Shown here piece after piece: positions 9,595 through 19,336 of a stretch of 64,000 bases of DNA (positions are counted from its first letter, which is position 1; each line of letters begins with the position of its first letter). Made by a program: the position numbers and the translations under genes. This DNA comes from an uncultured Candidatus Rokubacteria bacterium (GTDB lineage: Bacteria > Methylomirabilota > Methylomirabilia > Rokubacteriales > CSP1-6), in NCBI GenBank assembly GCA_963754315.1, contig CAVWFS010000019.1:128001-192000 (forward strand), in the 5' to 3' direction. Under the pieces are notes generated by a model. That model ran no database searches. It had not been told where the DNA came from and was given only the letters and a program-made list of their open reading frames with translations.

Positions 9595-10484
9595 GCACGA
9601 CACCCCCGGTGCCCAGGGTCGCCCAGGATCTGGCAGCGCAGGTGGAGCGTGACGGCGGCCGTGCCCTCGCCATCTATCAGGAGCCCGTTGGCGATCACTG
9701 GCAGATCTTCTGTCTGCTGCCTATGACCAAGGTGGAACCGAGTCCCTACCAGCGCGACCTTTCCCCGACGCACGTGAAGCGGCTGACCGAAGCCATCAAG
9801 AAACTCGATCGCTTCATCGATCCCGTGGTCGTCGTCTCGCCCCGCGTGGGGACGTACTGGACTCCTAACGGCAACCACCGCCGGACGTCGCTCCAAAAGC
9901 TCAAGGCTGCGTTCGTTCCGGCCATCCTGGTGGTGGAGCCGGAGGTCGGCTATCAGATCCTTCCCCTCAACACAGAGAAAGCCCACAACCTCAAGGAAAA
10001 GTCGCTGGAGGTTATCCGGATGTACCGCTCCCTCGCCGCCGACCATCCTACGTCGACCGAAGAGGCGTGGGCCTTCCAGTTCGAGTCGGCCCACTTCATC
10101 ACGCTCGGCCTTCTCTACGAGGCGAATCGACGCTTCGCGGGAGGCGCCTTCGCCCCGATTCTCCGCCGTGTCGACGCCTTTCGGAAATCCACCCTACGCG
10201 ATGGACTCGGGGCACGAGAAGAGCGGGCGGAACTGGTGCGGGCGGCCGACGAGGCGCTGACGGCTATGGTGGCCAAGGTCAAGAAGCGCGGGATCAACCA
10301 TCCCTACGTGAAGAACTACCTCCTGGCTCGGACCACCCCGTTGACGCGCGCCCGCAAGACGCTTCCCTCCTTCGAGCAGACCTTCAAAAAGCTGCGCGAG
10401 AACCTGGACGGGTTTGACATCACCAAGGTCCGGTACGACGAGATCCAGCGCGTCGCCATCATGGCCGCCCCCGCCGCCGAGTAG
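9591..10484 (+). CDS. ParB/Srx N-terminal-domain protein (stand-alone)
   Basis: ATG overlaps the upstream stop with RBS GGAGG; PSPYQRDLS, FIDPVVV, TPNGNHRR, LNTEKAHN. Confidence 0.7.
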   Translation: MSTTPPVPRVAQDLAAQVERDGGRALAIYQEPVGDHWQIFCLLPMTKVEPSPYQRDLSPTHVKRLTEAIKKLDRFIDPVVVVSPRVGTYWTPNGNHRRTSLQKLKAAFVPAILVVEPEVGYQILPLNTEKAHNLKEKSLEVIRMYRSLAADHPTSTEEAWAFQFESAHFITLGLLYEANRRFAGGAFAPILRRVDAFRKSTLRDGLGAREERAELVRAADEALTAMVAKVKKRGINHPYVKNYLLARTTPLTRARKTLPSFEQTFKKLRENLDGFDITKVRYDEIQRVAIMAAPAAE

Positions 10485-10791
10485 CATGCCCGCCGGCCCG
10501 GACGGTTCGAGCAACAAATCGCCCCTCATGTCGCCGTCGGGTCAGGAGCAGCGCCCCTCACTGGGTGGACTGGCGGTAAACGAGCCGACCTGGCGGCGCG
10601 TCTAATCGGATGAGGTGAGGCAGCGCAGAGGCCCTATCATGGTGGAAAGGTTGACGGAAGCATTCCAGAGTAGGAGCAGCCGGCAGCGGAACACCTGATC
10701 TGGGTGAGACCGCGGGCTTGGGGTCGGGACGTGCATCTTGCAGCACATCAATGCCGTCTGGGACGATGGATGTCCAAGGGACGCCTCGCGG

Positions 10792-11361
10792 GTGGAGATC
10801 AGCGATGAAGCCCTGTGCGCACGGGTGGCCGAGCGTGACGAGGACGCCTTCGACCTCCTCGTCCAGCGCTACCAGCTACGCGCCTACCGGCTGGCCTGGT
10901 CGATTCTGCGCGACGCCGAGGAAGCGCGTGACCTGTCTCAAGAGGCCTTCATTCGGCTCTATGAAGCGGCGGGCCGCTTTCGCGGCCGCTCGCGCTTTTC
11001 CACCTGGTTCTACCGCATCCTCGTCAACCTGTGTCTCGACGCCCGTCGACGGCGTCGGTGGTGGCAGCGCGAGCTGACGGCTTTCGAGCGTGATGGGGAA
11101 TCCCAGGAATCGATGGTGGAGCAGCAGCCCGCTCCCGCCATGGATCCAGTCGATGACCTCGAGCGAGGCCGAATGTTGACCCAGCTCTGGAAGGCTGTCG
11201 ACAGCCTCTCGCCGCAGCAACGGGCCGCCCTCCTGCTCCAGGTCCAGGAGGAACTGCCGACCTCCGAGATCGCCTCGGTACTGAAGTGCTCGGAGGCGAC
11301 GGTGCGCGTGCACCTGCACCGCGCCCTGATGGCCCTCAGGAAGACGATGAGGAAGGACTGA
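10792..11361 (+). CDS. ECF RNA polymerase sigma factor (start GTG 10792 preferred over TTG 10738)
   Basis: DEDAFDLLVQRY, EARDLSQEAFIR, FSTWFYRILVNLC, LSPQQR, ATVRVHLHRA. Confidence 0.9.
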   Translation: MEISDEALCARVAERDEDAFDLLVQRYQLRAYRLAWSILRDAEEARDLSQEAFIRLYEAAGRFRGRSRFSTWFYRILVNLCLDARRRRRWWQRELTAFERDGESQESMVEQQPAPAMDPVDDLERGRMLTQLWKAVDSLSPQQRAALLLQVQEELPTSEIASVLKCSEATVRVHLHRALMALRKTMRKD

Positions 11362-11362
11362 T

Positions 11363-11848
11363 ATGCGGCATCCCGAGACTGAGTTGAATGCGTTCGTCCA
11401 GGGGGAGCTCAACGGCCCTGAGTACGACCGGGTGGCCCAGCATCTCGCGGCGTGCGCGGACTGTCGGGCCGTACGGGACGACTTCCAGCGGATCCTAGAG
11501 ACCCTCGGCCGTACGGTACCGGCCCCACCGGCCGTCGCCTGGGCACGTTACCGAGCCGAGCTCCAGGCTAAGCGCCGAGCCCGGGCCACACGATCGGGCC
11601 ACGCTTGGTGGCGTTGGCCGGTCCCGCTCGCATTGGCGACTGGCCTGGCCGCCGTCCTGGTCTTCCTCGCCTTGGAGGGTGGCATCCGAACGTTCGAGCA
11701 CAGGAACGCCTCCGGCTTCGACGAGGCCACGATCGGCCGGCGCCTCGAGCTTCTCCGAGACTATCGGGTGGTCGAGAGACTGGATCTTCTCGAGGATTGG
11801 GATATTCTGCGTAGCCTCGAGGTCCCCAACGGCCAGCGCGAGGGCTAG
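11363..11848 (+). CDS. Zinc-binding anti-sigma factor (zf-HC2/ZAS) with one TM helix
   Basis: HLAACADC (HxxxCxxC) motif; TM WPVPLALATGLAAVLVFLAL; lies directly after the ECF sigma. Confidence 0.85.
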   Translation: MRHPETELNAFVQGELNGPEYDRVAQHLAACADCRAVRDDFQRILETLGRTVPAPPAVAWARYRAELQAKRRARATRSGHAWWRWPVPLALATGLAAVLVFLALEGGIRTFEHRNASGFDEATIGRRLELLRDYRVVERLDLLEDWDILRSLEVPNGQREG

Positions 11849-11860
11849 ACGACGGCTCAC

Positions 11861-12379
11861 ATGAAACGCCACGTCGTGATCTGGTCGGTCTTGGTTGCCG
11901 CCTTTGTGGTCGGGGGCGCGGGCTCGAGCGCCTGGGGGCAGGGCACCGATGGCCGTGATCGACTGCCCCCTGAAGCCCGCGAGAATATCAAGCGCTTCCG
12001 GGAGCTACCGCTCTCGGAAAAGCAGCGCATTCTCGAGGATCTCCAGCGCTGGAACGAGCTCCCTGAGGCTCGTCGCCGCGAGCTTCAGCGGGCCTACGAC
12101 CGCTTCCAGCAGCTGTCACCCGAGCGACGTGAGGAGATCATGGGACGGTACGAGCAGTTCAAGTCGCTGCCTCCGGCCGCCCAGCAAGAGATCATCGACA
12201 AACAAGAGCGCTGGCGACAGCTTCCACCCGAGGAACGACAGCGCATTCGCGAGCGCTTCCGACAAATGACACCGGAAGAGCGTCGACAAGTGCGGGAGCA
12301 GCTCAAGCAGATCCCGCCCGCAGAGCAGCCGGGCACCTCCAGAGGTTTTCAGGCGCCGGCACCGCCACCTCCCCGTTGA
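11861..12379 (+). CDS. Exported DUF3106-like helical repeat protein
   Basis: Signal peptide; repeated (F/W)xxLPPExR helical units. Confidence 0.75.
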   Translation: MKRHVVIWSVLVAAFVVGGAGSSAWGQGTDGRDRLPPEARENIKRFRELPLSEKQRILEDLQRWNELPEARRRELQRAYDRFQQLSPERREEIMGRYEQFKSLPPAAQQEIIDKQERWRQLPPEERQRIRERFRQMTPEERRQVREQLKQIPPAEQPGTSRGFQAPAPPPPR

Positions 12380-12412
12380 GGGGACTCTGGCAACGAAAGT
12401 TCCCGCGGGGGG

Positions 12413-13336
12413 CTAGAATCCTTGGAGCTCAGGCCGGCAAACCGCCCGAAAGCCGCACCACCGACAGATCCGAAGCTCCTCGGTGCGCTCGAAGTCGGCC
12501 ATGACAGCCACGTTGGCCTCGGGATCGGCAAGGTACGCCTTCATGGACCGGATGGACAGCCGCAGCCGTTCCTTGATGGCGTCCAAGCGCTCCTCGCTCC
12601 AGACCAGAGGCGTCACCAGCGGCTCTCGCAGGTTCGCCTCGTACAGATCGACCCGCGCCGGCGGTACGTCGAGAACTTCTCGAGCGTAGAGCGCGTAGCA
12701 GCCGAGCTGGAAGGCTGTGTTGTCGGGATCGGAGGCCCCTGTCTTCCAGTCCACCAGGGCCAGGCGGTCGCTGTCCGTCCAGAACCCGAAGTCGGGTGCC
12801 ATCCAGATGGGCACGCCCTCGAACTCGAAGGTACGGGACCAGTGCTCGATGGACCAGTGCTCGGGGGTCGTCTTCCGGATCGTCGCCAGCAGCGGTAGCC
12901 GGAAGAAGTTGCGCAGACAGGTCATCACATTCCGGCTCAGGGCCTGCCACGCTTCCGGCTTCACATCCACCCGGTACTCATGCTCGAAGAGGGCGATGGT
13001 GTTCCGGGGCGCGTCGCGATAAGAACCCGCTTTCGACTGCCGCCACTCGCCCCGCATGCGCTTCACCACGTCGGCGATGAACGGTTCCACGGGAACATCA
13101 CGACCTTCACGAAAGACGTGGAGCGCCATCTCGACGGCCTCGTGCACGGTCCGGCCTGCCCACATCTGGCGGGTGGCCAGCTGCTTGAGGATGTAGAGCC
13201 GGCGCCGCTCCACGGGTGCCCCCTCCTCCCAGCCCCCCCAGGCACCGTAGTACTGATAGAAGTACCGTCGGCGGCATTCGTGGAAGGTGCTGTCCCGGCT
13301 ACGTGACCAGGAAAAGTCGTTGGTCAGCTCGGCCAT
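12413..13336 (-). CDS. PD-(D/E)XK nuclease, Cas4/RecB/AddB-like, with four Cys (probable Fe-S)
   Basis: FSWSR...ECRRRYFY, GRTVHEAVE, APD...LVDWKTG, QLGCYA, CRWCGFRAVC. Confidence 0.8.
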   Translation of the reverse strand: MAELTNDFSWSRSRDSTFHECRRRYFYQYYGAWGGWEEGAPVERRRLYILKQLATRQMWAGRTVHEAVEMALHVFREGRDVPVEPFIADVVKRMRGEWRQSKAGSYRDAPRNTIALFEHEYRVDVKPEAWQALSRNVMTCLRNFFRLPLLATIRKTTPEHWSIEHWSRTFEFEGVPIWMAPDFGFWTDSDRLALVDWKTGASDPDNTAFQLGCYALYAREVLDVPPARVDLYEANLREPLVTPLVWSEERLDAIKERLRLSIRSMKAYLADPEANVAVMADFERTEELRICRWCGFRAVCRPELQGF

Positions 13337-13403
13337 TGCCGGCATTGTACGGGCATGGTAATTTCGGTCCCACCGCGAAATCGCAGTTCCGGAGGAGCGA
13401 CCT

Positions 13404-13595
13404 ATGCCGTTCGTCAATATCCGGCTGTATGAGGGTCATGGTAAGGAGCGCAAGGACGAGCTGGCCAAGCGAGTGACCGAGGCCGTCCACGAGGTCTGCA
13501 AGGTGCCGCGGGAGGCGGTGTGGGTGGTCTTCGAGGACGTGCCCCCCGCCGACTGGTACGCGGCCGGGGCCCCGGGTCAGCCCGTCAAGAGGTGA
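13404..13595 (+). CDS. 4-oxalocrotonate tautomerase family protein
   Basis: Pro-1 (MPFVNI), 63 aa, VWVVFEDV...W; RBS GGAGGAG. Confidence 0.9.
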   Translation: MPFVNIRLYEGHGKERKDELAKRVTEAVHEVCKVPREAVWVVFEDVPPADWYAAGAPGQPVKR

Positions 13596-14435
13596 GCTGG
13601 CAGTTCGAAAAGCTCGGCACCGGCTTTCTCTTCACCGAGGGCCCGGTGTGGCACCCCGCGGGCAGGTTCCTCCTCTTCAGCGACATGCCGGGCGATCACC
13701 TGCGCCGGTGGTCGGCCGTGGACGGGATCACCACGTTCCGTAAGCCCTGCCACATGTCCAACGGGCTCACGTACGATCGCGAGGGGCGGCTTCTCACCTG
13801 CGAGCATGCCACGAGCCGGGTGACGCGCACGGAGGCCGACGGGACGCATCGTCCCCCTCGCCACCCACTATCAGGGTAAGGAGCTCAATAGCCCGAACGA
13901 CATCGTGTGCAAGGGCGACGGGGGCATCTACTTCACCGACCCGCCCTATGGGCGCCTGAAGGTCTACGGCGTGGAGCGGCCACAGGAACTATCGTTCCAC
14001 GGCGTGTACCGGGTGGGAAGGGATCCCAAGAGCCCGGAGCTGCTCGTCGATGACTTCGAGCGCCCCAACGGGTTGTGTTTCTCGCTGGATGAGCGGCGGC
14101 TCTTCATCAATGACACCGCGCGTCAGCACATCCGGGTTTTCGATGTCACCGCCGCCGGGACCCTCACCAACGGCCGCCTCTGGGCCGAGACCAAGGGCGA
14201 CAAGCCCGGTGCTCCCGATGGCATGAAGATCGACGCTGCCGGTTCGGTGTACTGCTGCGGGCCGGGCGGCATCCACGTGTTCGACCCCACGGGGAGCCTG
14301 CGCGAGATTATCGAGGTTCCTGAGCGCACCGCGAATTTTGCGTGGGGTGACGACGATCTCCGATCGCTGTTCATCACCGCCACTACGTCCCTGTACCGTC
14401 TACGAGTCGAGACTCCGGGACGGCCTGCCTTGTGA
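13592..14435 (+). CDS. SMP-30/gluconolactonase family protein, split by a +1 frameshift near 13842
   Basis: FTEGPVW...LLFSD...SNGL in one frame and LNSPND...FTDPPYG...PNGL...PDGMKID in the next. Removing one G from GGG at 13841-13843 restores DGRIVPLATHYQGKELNSPND. Confidence 0.85.
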
Positions 14436-14446
14436 AGGAGGATCGC

Positions 14447-15640
14447 ATGCACCGTCGTTTGCTCCTGCTCATGACCGGGCTCGCCTTCTTGGCGTCGCCC
14501 GTGGCGGCACACGCCCAGAAGCCGATCAAAGTCGGGTTCCCAATGATCCTGTCCGGTCCCGGCGCCCTGTTCGGAGAGCCCGCCCTCAAGGGAGCCCAGA
14601 TGTTTGTGGAGGAGATCAACGCCAAAGGCGGGGTGCTCGGCCGTAAGCTCGAGTTGCTCCCCCGCGACACCAAGGGCAACGCCGACGAGGCGGTGCGGGT
14701 CTCGCGAGACCTCATCCTCAAGGAGAACGTGGACTTCCTCGTGGGAACCTTGACCTCAGCCGAAGGGCCGGCTGTATCGGTGGTGGCCAAGGAGAACAAG
14801 ATCGTTTTTATCGCGCCCATCCCCAAGACCGATCAGCTCACGGCGCCGGACAAGCTCCATCCCTACGTGTTCCGGGTGGCCGCCACGACCACCATGGAAG
14901 GCCGGAGTGCGGCCGAGATCGTGGCCAAGTGGCCAGTGACCAGGATCGCCACCATCAGCCCCGATTACGCGTACGGACAGGATGTGACAAAAGCTTTCGT
15001 CGACTATCTCAAGAAGCTCAAGCCTTCAATTCAGATCGTGGACCAGCAGTGGCCCAAGCTCGGCGAGCCCGACTACACGCCCTTCATCAACGCCCAGCTG
15101 GCCAAGAAGCCCGAGGCCGTGTTCTCGTCGCTCTGGGGGGGCCATTTCGTGAATTTTGCGAAGCAAGCCAGACCGCTCGGCTACTTCGAGGCCATCAAGT
15201 TCAACTTCATCGGCGTGGGCGAGGCCGGTTCGCCGGAGTCGACCAAGACCATGGGCCAGGACTACCCGGTTGGCATCTGGGGCAACTCCTACGACGCTTT
15301 CTACTGGGACACCGCCTCGCCTGCCCACCGCGACTACACGGCGCGCCTGGCCAAATTCACCAAGGAGGAGTATCCGTCGTCGTGGGCCATTCAGGGCTAC
15401 ATCGGCCTGCAGTTTCTGACCGAGGCCATCAAGAAGGCGGGAGGTACGGACTCCGACAAGGTTTCCAAGGCCTTGCTTGGGCTCAGCATCGACTCCCCGG
15501 TGGGAAAGATCACCATCCGCGAGAAGGATCACCAGGCGAACCGCGGTCAGCTCTACGGCAAGACAGCGATGGATCCCAAGTACCCCTTTGCCATCATGAA
15601 GCCCGTGGAATACGTGGATCCGACCAAGTTCATGGACTGA
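14447..15640 (+). CDS. Branched-chain-amino-acid-type ABC transporter substrate-binding protein
   Basis: Signal peptide; PIKVG...LSGPGA; EINAKGGVLGRKLEL; RBS AAGGAGG. Confidence 0.9.
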   Translation: MHRRLLLLMTGLAFLASPVAAHAQKPIKVGFPMILSGPGALFGEPALKGAQMFVEEINAKGGVLGRKLELLPRDTKGNADEAVRVSRDLILKENVDFLVGTLTSAEGPAVSVVAKENKIVFIAPIPKTDQLTAPDKLHPYVFRVAATTTMEGRSAAEIVAKWPVTRIATISPDYAYGQDVTKAFVDYLKKLKPSIQIVDQQWPKLGEPDYTPFINAQLAKKPEAVFSSLWGGHFVNFAKQARPLGYFEAIKFNFIGVGEAGSPESTKTMGQDYPVGIWGNSYDAFYWDTASPAHRDYTARLAKFTKEEYPSSWAIQGYIGLQFLTEAIKKAGGTDSDKVSKALLGLSIDSPVGKITIREKDHQANRGQLYGKTAMDPKYPFAIMKPVEYVDPTKFMD

Positions 15641-15645
15641 CCTGC

Positions 15646-15681
15646 TGAAGATTGAGGGGCCACGCGGTCCCTCAATCTTCA
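15646..15681 (+). terminator. Strong intergenic stem-loop after the SBP gene (mRNA stabiliser or partial terminator)
   Basis: TGAAGATTGAGGGGCC-ACGC-GGTCCCTCAATCTTCA: 16-bp stem with one G-U pair and no U-tract. Confidence 0.6.
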
Positions 15682-15690
15682 TCACCTGAC

Positions 15691-16575
15691 GTGCCTGATC
15701 TTTCGTTCGTCTTCGCCCAGTCGTTGAGCGGCCTCACCGCCGCCATGTTCCTGTTCCTCATCGCGTCTGGTCTCTCGTTGATCTTCGGTGTCCTCCGCGT
15801 CTTGAACTTCGCCCATGGAACCTTCTATATGCTCGGCGCCTACTCCGCGTACCAGATCGTCCTGTGGCTGGGCCCCGGACCCGGCATGTTCTGGGTGGCG
15901 GTCCTGGGAGCAGCCCTCGGGATCGCCGTGCTGGGCGGGGTCGTGGAGCGCTTCCTCTTCCGTCACCTCTACGGCAAGGAGGAGCTCTACCAGCTCCTCT
16001 TCACGTACGCCCTTGTCCTCGTCCTCAGCGACGTGGCCAAGATCATCTGGGGCACGCAGCAGAAGTCGGTGAGCCGCCCGCCCGGGCTGACGGGATCGGT
16101 GTCTGTCTGGGGAGCCACCATTCCCTACTACAACCTTTTCATCCTGCTCCTGGGTCCGGCCCTGGCCCTCGCCTTCTGGTTCGTGCTCCAGCGCACGCGG
16201 GCCGGGCGGTTCATCCGGGCGGCCGCGCTCGATCGGGAGACGCTCGGTGCGCTCGGCGTCAACGTGAGCGCTCTCTATACCGGCGTGTTCGTGCTGGCCT
16301 CCTTCCTCGGCGGTCTCGGCGGCGCCCTGGTGACACCGGTGCGGACCATCGTGCCGGGCATGGACACCGAGATCATCGTGGAGGCCTTCGTGGTCGTGGT
16401 TGTCGGAGGGCTCGGCTCCTTCTGGGGGACGTTCCTCGGATCGGTCATCTACGGGCAGGTGCTGTCGTTCGGTATCCTGTTCTTCCCCCGGTTCTCGATC
16501 TTCTCGGTCTTCGCCCTCATGGCCGTCGTCCTCATCATCCGCCCCTGGGGCCTCCTGGGTCGGCCGCTCAAATGA
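15691..16575 (+). CDS. livH: Branched-chain amino acid ABC permease LivH-like
   Basis: LIASGLSLIFGVLRVLNFAHG; VVVVGGLGS; IRPWGLLG. Confidence 0.88.
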   Translation: MPDLSFVFAQSLSGLTAAMFLFLIASGLSLIFGVLRVLNFAHGTFYMLGAYSAYQIVLWLGPGPGMFWVAVLGAALGIAVLGGVVERFLFRHLYGKEELYQLLFTYALVLVLSDVAKIIWGTQQKSVSRPPGLTGSVSVWGATIPYYNLFILLLGPALALAFWFVLQRTRAGRFIRAAALDRETLGALGVNVSALYTGVFVLASFLGGLGGALVTPVRTIVPGMDTEIIVEAFVVVVVGGLGSFWGTFLGSVIYGQVLSFGILFFPRFSIFSVFALMAVVLIIRPWGLLGRPLK

Positions 16576-17552
16576 TGCGCCGCCTGCCGTGGGCCTTCCT
16601 GCTGCTGGCGGCAGCGTTCTTCGTGCCCGCCCTCGGCTCTCGCTTCTATACGTTCCTGGCCAACGACGTGGCGATCTGGGCGCTCTTTGCCACGAGCCTG
16701 AATCTCCTGGTCGGCTACACGGGCCTCGTCTCCTTCGGTCATGCTGCCTACTTCGGCATCGGGGCCTACACCACCGGCATCCTCATGAAGCAGCTGGGCG
16801 TGCCCTTCGTGCTGGCCTTCCCGGCCGCTGGCCTTCTGGCCGGCGGCCTCGCCCTCGTCTTCGGTTTCTTCTGCGTGCGACTCACCCGGATCTACTTCGC
16901 CATGCTGACGCTCGCCTTCGCGCAGATCGTGTGGGCCATCTGCTTCAAGTGGAACGAGGTCACCGGAGGAGAGCAGGGCATGCCCGAGATCCCTTACCCG
17001 AATTTCGAGTGGATCGAACGCGTGGCGATCTGGCTCCCGTTCGTGGGCGGCTACCGTGCGTCCGAGTACTTCTACTTCCTGAGCCTGGGCCTCGTCGGTC
17101 TGTGCATGTGGAGCCTCCACCGGATCGTCCGTTCACCCTTCGGTCGCATGCTGGAGACGATCCGGGAGAACGCCGAGCGGGCGGAGTTTATCGGCGTCAA
17201 CGTACGACGCTGGGAACTGGCGGCCTTCGCCCTGGCCGGCGCCTTCGCCGGCCTCGCCGGCGCGCTGTTCGGCATCTTCAATCGGGGAGTGTTTCCCGAC
17301 TTCGCCTACTGGACCAAGTCCTCCGAGGTGCTCATCATGACCCTCCTCGGTGGTATGGGGACCTTCTACGGTCCCACCATCGGCGCCCTGGCTCTCATCG
17401 TCCTGAACCAGCAGATCACCTCGTACACGGAGTACTGGCCGCTCATCCTGGGCTCTATTTTGATCCTTCTCCTCTTTGTGTTCCCGGGTGGCATCGGGGG
17501 GACTCTGGCTGCGCTGTGGCGTCGCCTCGAGATGAAGTGGCGCCATGCTTGA
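16572..17552 (+). CDS. livM: Branched-chain amino acid ABC permease LivM-like
   Basis: SLNLLVGYTGLVSFGHAAYFGIGAY; YFAMLTLAFAQ; TGGEQG; IRENAERA. Confidence 0.88.
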   Translation: MMRRLPWAFLLLAAAFFVPALGSRFYTFLANDVAIWALFATSLNLLVGYTGLVSFGHAAYFGIGAYTTGILMKQLGVPFVLAFPAAGLLAGGLALVFGFFCVRLTRIYFAMLTLAFAQIVWAICFKWNEVTGGEQGMPEIPYPNFEWIERVAIWLPFVGGYRASEYFYFLSLGLVGLCMWSLHRIVRSPFGRMLETIRENAERAEFIGVNVRRWELAAFALAGAFAGLAGALFGIFNRGVFPDFAYWTKSSEVLIMTLLGGMGTFYGPTIGALALIVLNQQITSYTEYWPLILGSILILLLFVFPGGIGGTLAALWRRLEMKWRHA

Positions 17553-18285
17553 GGTCCGGGGAGTGGACAAGAAGTTCGACGGCTTCCAGGCCCTCGCCGG
17601 CGTAAACCTCACCGTTCCCCGGCGGTCGATCAGCTGCATCATCGGGCCGAACGGCGCCGGTAAAACGACCCTCTTCAACCTCATCACAGGCCACCTGCAC
17701 CCGGACGCTGGTCAGATCATCTTCAAGGGCCGAAATGTCACCGGGATTGCCCCCCACGATCTCTGCCGCCTTGGCATGGGACGGTCCTTCCAGCGAACGA
17801 ACATCTTTCCACGGCTCACCGTGTTTCAGAACATCCAGGCCGCCTTCGTTTCCCACCGCGGACGCGGCTTCAATCTCCTGACACCCGTGGAGCGCCTCTA
17901 TCGCGAGGAGACGGAGGCGCTGCTGGCGGCGGTCGGCCTTAGCGGGCAGGCCGGTGAGATCTCGGGATTTCTCTCACATGGAGGCCAGAAGCAGCTCGAG
18001 CTCGGCATCGCCCTCGCCCTCGAGCCGGAAATCCTGCTCCTCGACGAACCCACGGCTGGTATGTCGGCCGCGGAGACCCGCGACGCCATCGCTCTTATCG
18101 AACGGCTGGCCCGCGATCGGAACCTCACCCTGCTGTTTACCGAGCACGACATGGAAGTCGTCTTCTCCATCGCCCAGCGCATCACCGTGCTCCACCAGGG
18201 CCGCGTTATCGCCGACGGAGCGCCCGCGGATGTCCGCCGCGACGGGGAAGTCCGCCGAGTCTACCTGGGAGAGAAGCACCGATGA
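17545..18285 (+). CDS. livG: ABC ATP-binding protein LivG-like
   Basis: GPNGAGKTT; LSHGGQKQ; LLLDEPTAG; EHDM; VRRVYLG. Confidence 0.9.
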   Translation: MLEVRGVDKKFDGFQALAGVNLTVPRRSISCIIGPNGAGKTTLFNLITGHLHPDAGQIIFKGRNVTGIAPHDLCRLGMGRSFQRTNIFPRLTVFQNIQAAFVSHRGRGFNLLTPVERLYREETEALLAAVGLSGQAGEISGFLSHGGQKQLELGIALALEPEILLLDEPTAGMSAAETRDAIALIERLARDRNLTLLFTEHDMEVVFSIAQRITVLHQGRVIADGAPADVRRDGEVRRVYLGEKHR

Positions 18286-18989
18286 GGGCGCCGATCCTTG
18301 TGGTCGATGAGATCCACACCGCGTACGGGCTCTCCCAGGTCCTGTTTGGCGTCTCGCTCGAGGTCGCCCAGGGGGCGTGTGTGTGTCTTCTGGGGCGGAA
18401 CGGAGTCGGCAAAACGACGACGATGCGCAGCATCATGGGCCTCACGCCACCCAGGCGGGGACGCGTGGTGTGGAAGGGGCGGGACATCCAAGCCCAACCC
18501 GCCCACCAGGTCGCGAACCTTGGCATTGGCTTCGTTCCCGAGGATCGCCGCATCTTCGCCGAGCTGACGGTGTGGGAGAACCTCGACGTCGCCTCCCGGG
18601 GGCGCCGGACAGGGGGCTGGACCGCGGAGCGGGTCTACGAGCTGTTTCCAACGTTGCGGGAGCTCCGGGACCGCCAGGGGGGATTCCTGTCCGGGGGGGA
18701 ACAGCAGATGCTCACGATCGCCCGTACGCTCATGGGTAACCCCGAACTGCTCCTCCTGGACGAGCCATCGGAAGGCCTGGCCCCCTTGGTCGTGGACCAT
18801 CTCAAAGAGCAGATCAACCGTCTCAAGCGGGACGGGCTCACGATTCTGCTGGCCGAGCAGAACGTCGACTTCTGCCTGGATCTGGCCGATCGGGTCTACG
18901 TACTGGAGAAGGGACACATCCGCTATCACGGCAGCGCGCAGGAGTTTCGCGAGGACGAGTCGATCCGGCATCAGTACTTGGCGTTGTGA
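18282..18989 (+). CDS. livF: ABC ATP-binding protein LivF-like
   Basis: GRNGVGKTT; LSGGEQQM; LLLDEPSEGLAP; EQN. Confidence 0.9.
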   Translation: MRAPILVVDEIHTAYGLSQVLFGVSLEVAQGACVCLLGRNGVGKTTTMRSIMGLTPPRRGRVVWKGRDIQAQPAHQVANLGIGFVPEDRRIFAELTVWENLDVASRGRRTGGWTAERVYELFPTLRELRDRQGGFLSGGEQQMLTIARTLMGNPELLLLDEPSEGLAPLVVDHLKEQINRLKRDGLTILLAEQNVDFCLDLADRVYVLEKGHIRYHGSAQEFREDESIRHQYLAL

Positions 18990-19036
18990 TTGACAATGGG
19001 CGCCTCAGCTCGCGAGCGAATCCGCTACAATAGAGG

Positions 19037-19336
19037 GTGATGGCGAAGGCGAGTTTCGTTGTCGTCTGCCCGTGTTGCCAGGCCAAGCTCACTGTGGACG
19101 CCGAGCTCCGGGAGATAATCGCCCACGAGCAGCCGCCGCCCAAGCGGGACGCCGCGAACCTCGGTGATGCGTTCACCAAGCTCGCCAGCAAGTCGGCCGA
19201 GCGCGAGGAGCGCTTCCGTCAGCAGATGCAGGCCGAGGCTCAGAAGGGTAAACTGCTCGACCGAAAGTTCCAAGAGAGCCTCAAGAAGGCGAAGGACTCC
19301 CCGGACCCACCACGCCGCCGCTACGACTACGACTGA
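19037..19336 (+). CDS. Small hypothetical protein, N-terminal CPCC and coiled-coil C-terminus
   Basis: VVCPCCQAKLTVD; charged helical tail; codon usage fits the genome; TACAAT box just upstream. Confidence 0.7.
   Translation: MMAKASFVVVCPCCQAKLTVDAELREIIAHEQPPPKRDAANLGDAFTKLASKSAEREERFRQQMQAEAQKGKLLDRKFQESLKKAKDSPDPPRRRYDYD

Noticed and set aside
10733..10758. ECF autoregulatory promoter GCATC-N17-CGTC
   Set aside because: It is plausibly placed but too short and degenerate to support without comparative data.
18990..19031. TTGACA...TACAAT as one sigma70 promoter
   Set aside because: The 30-nt spacing is incompatible; only the -10 box is retained as a leaderless candidate.
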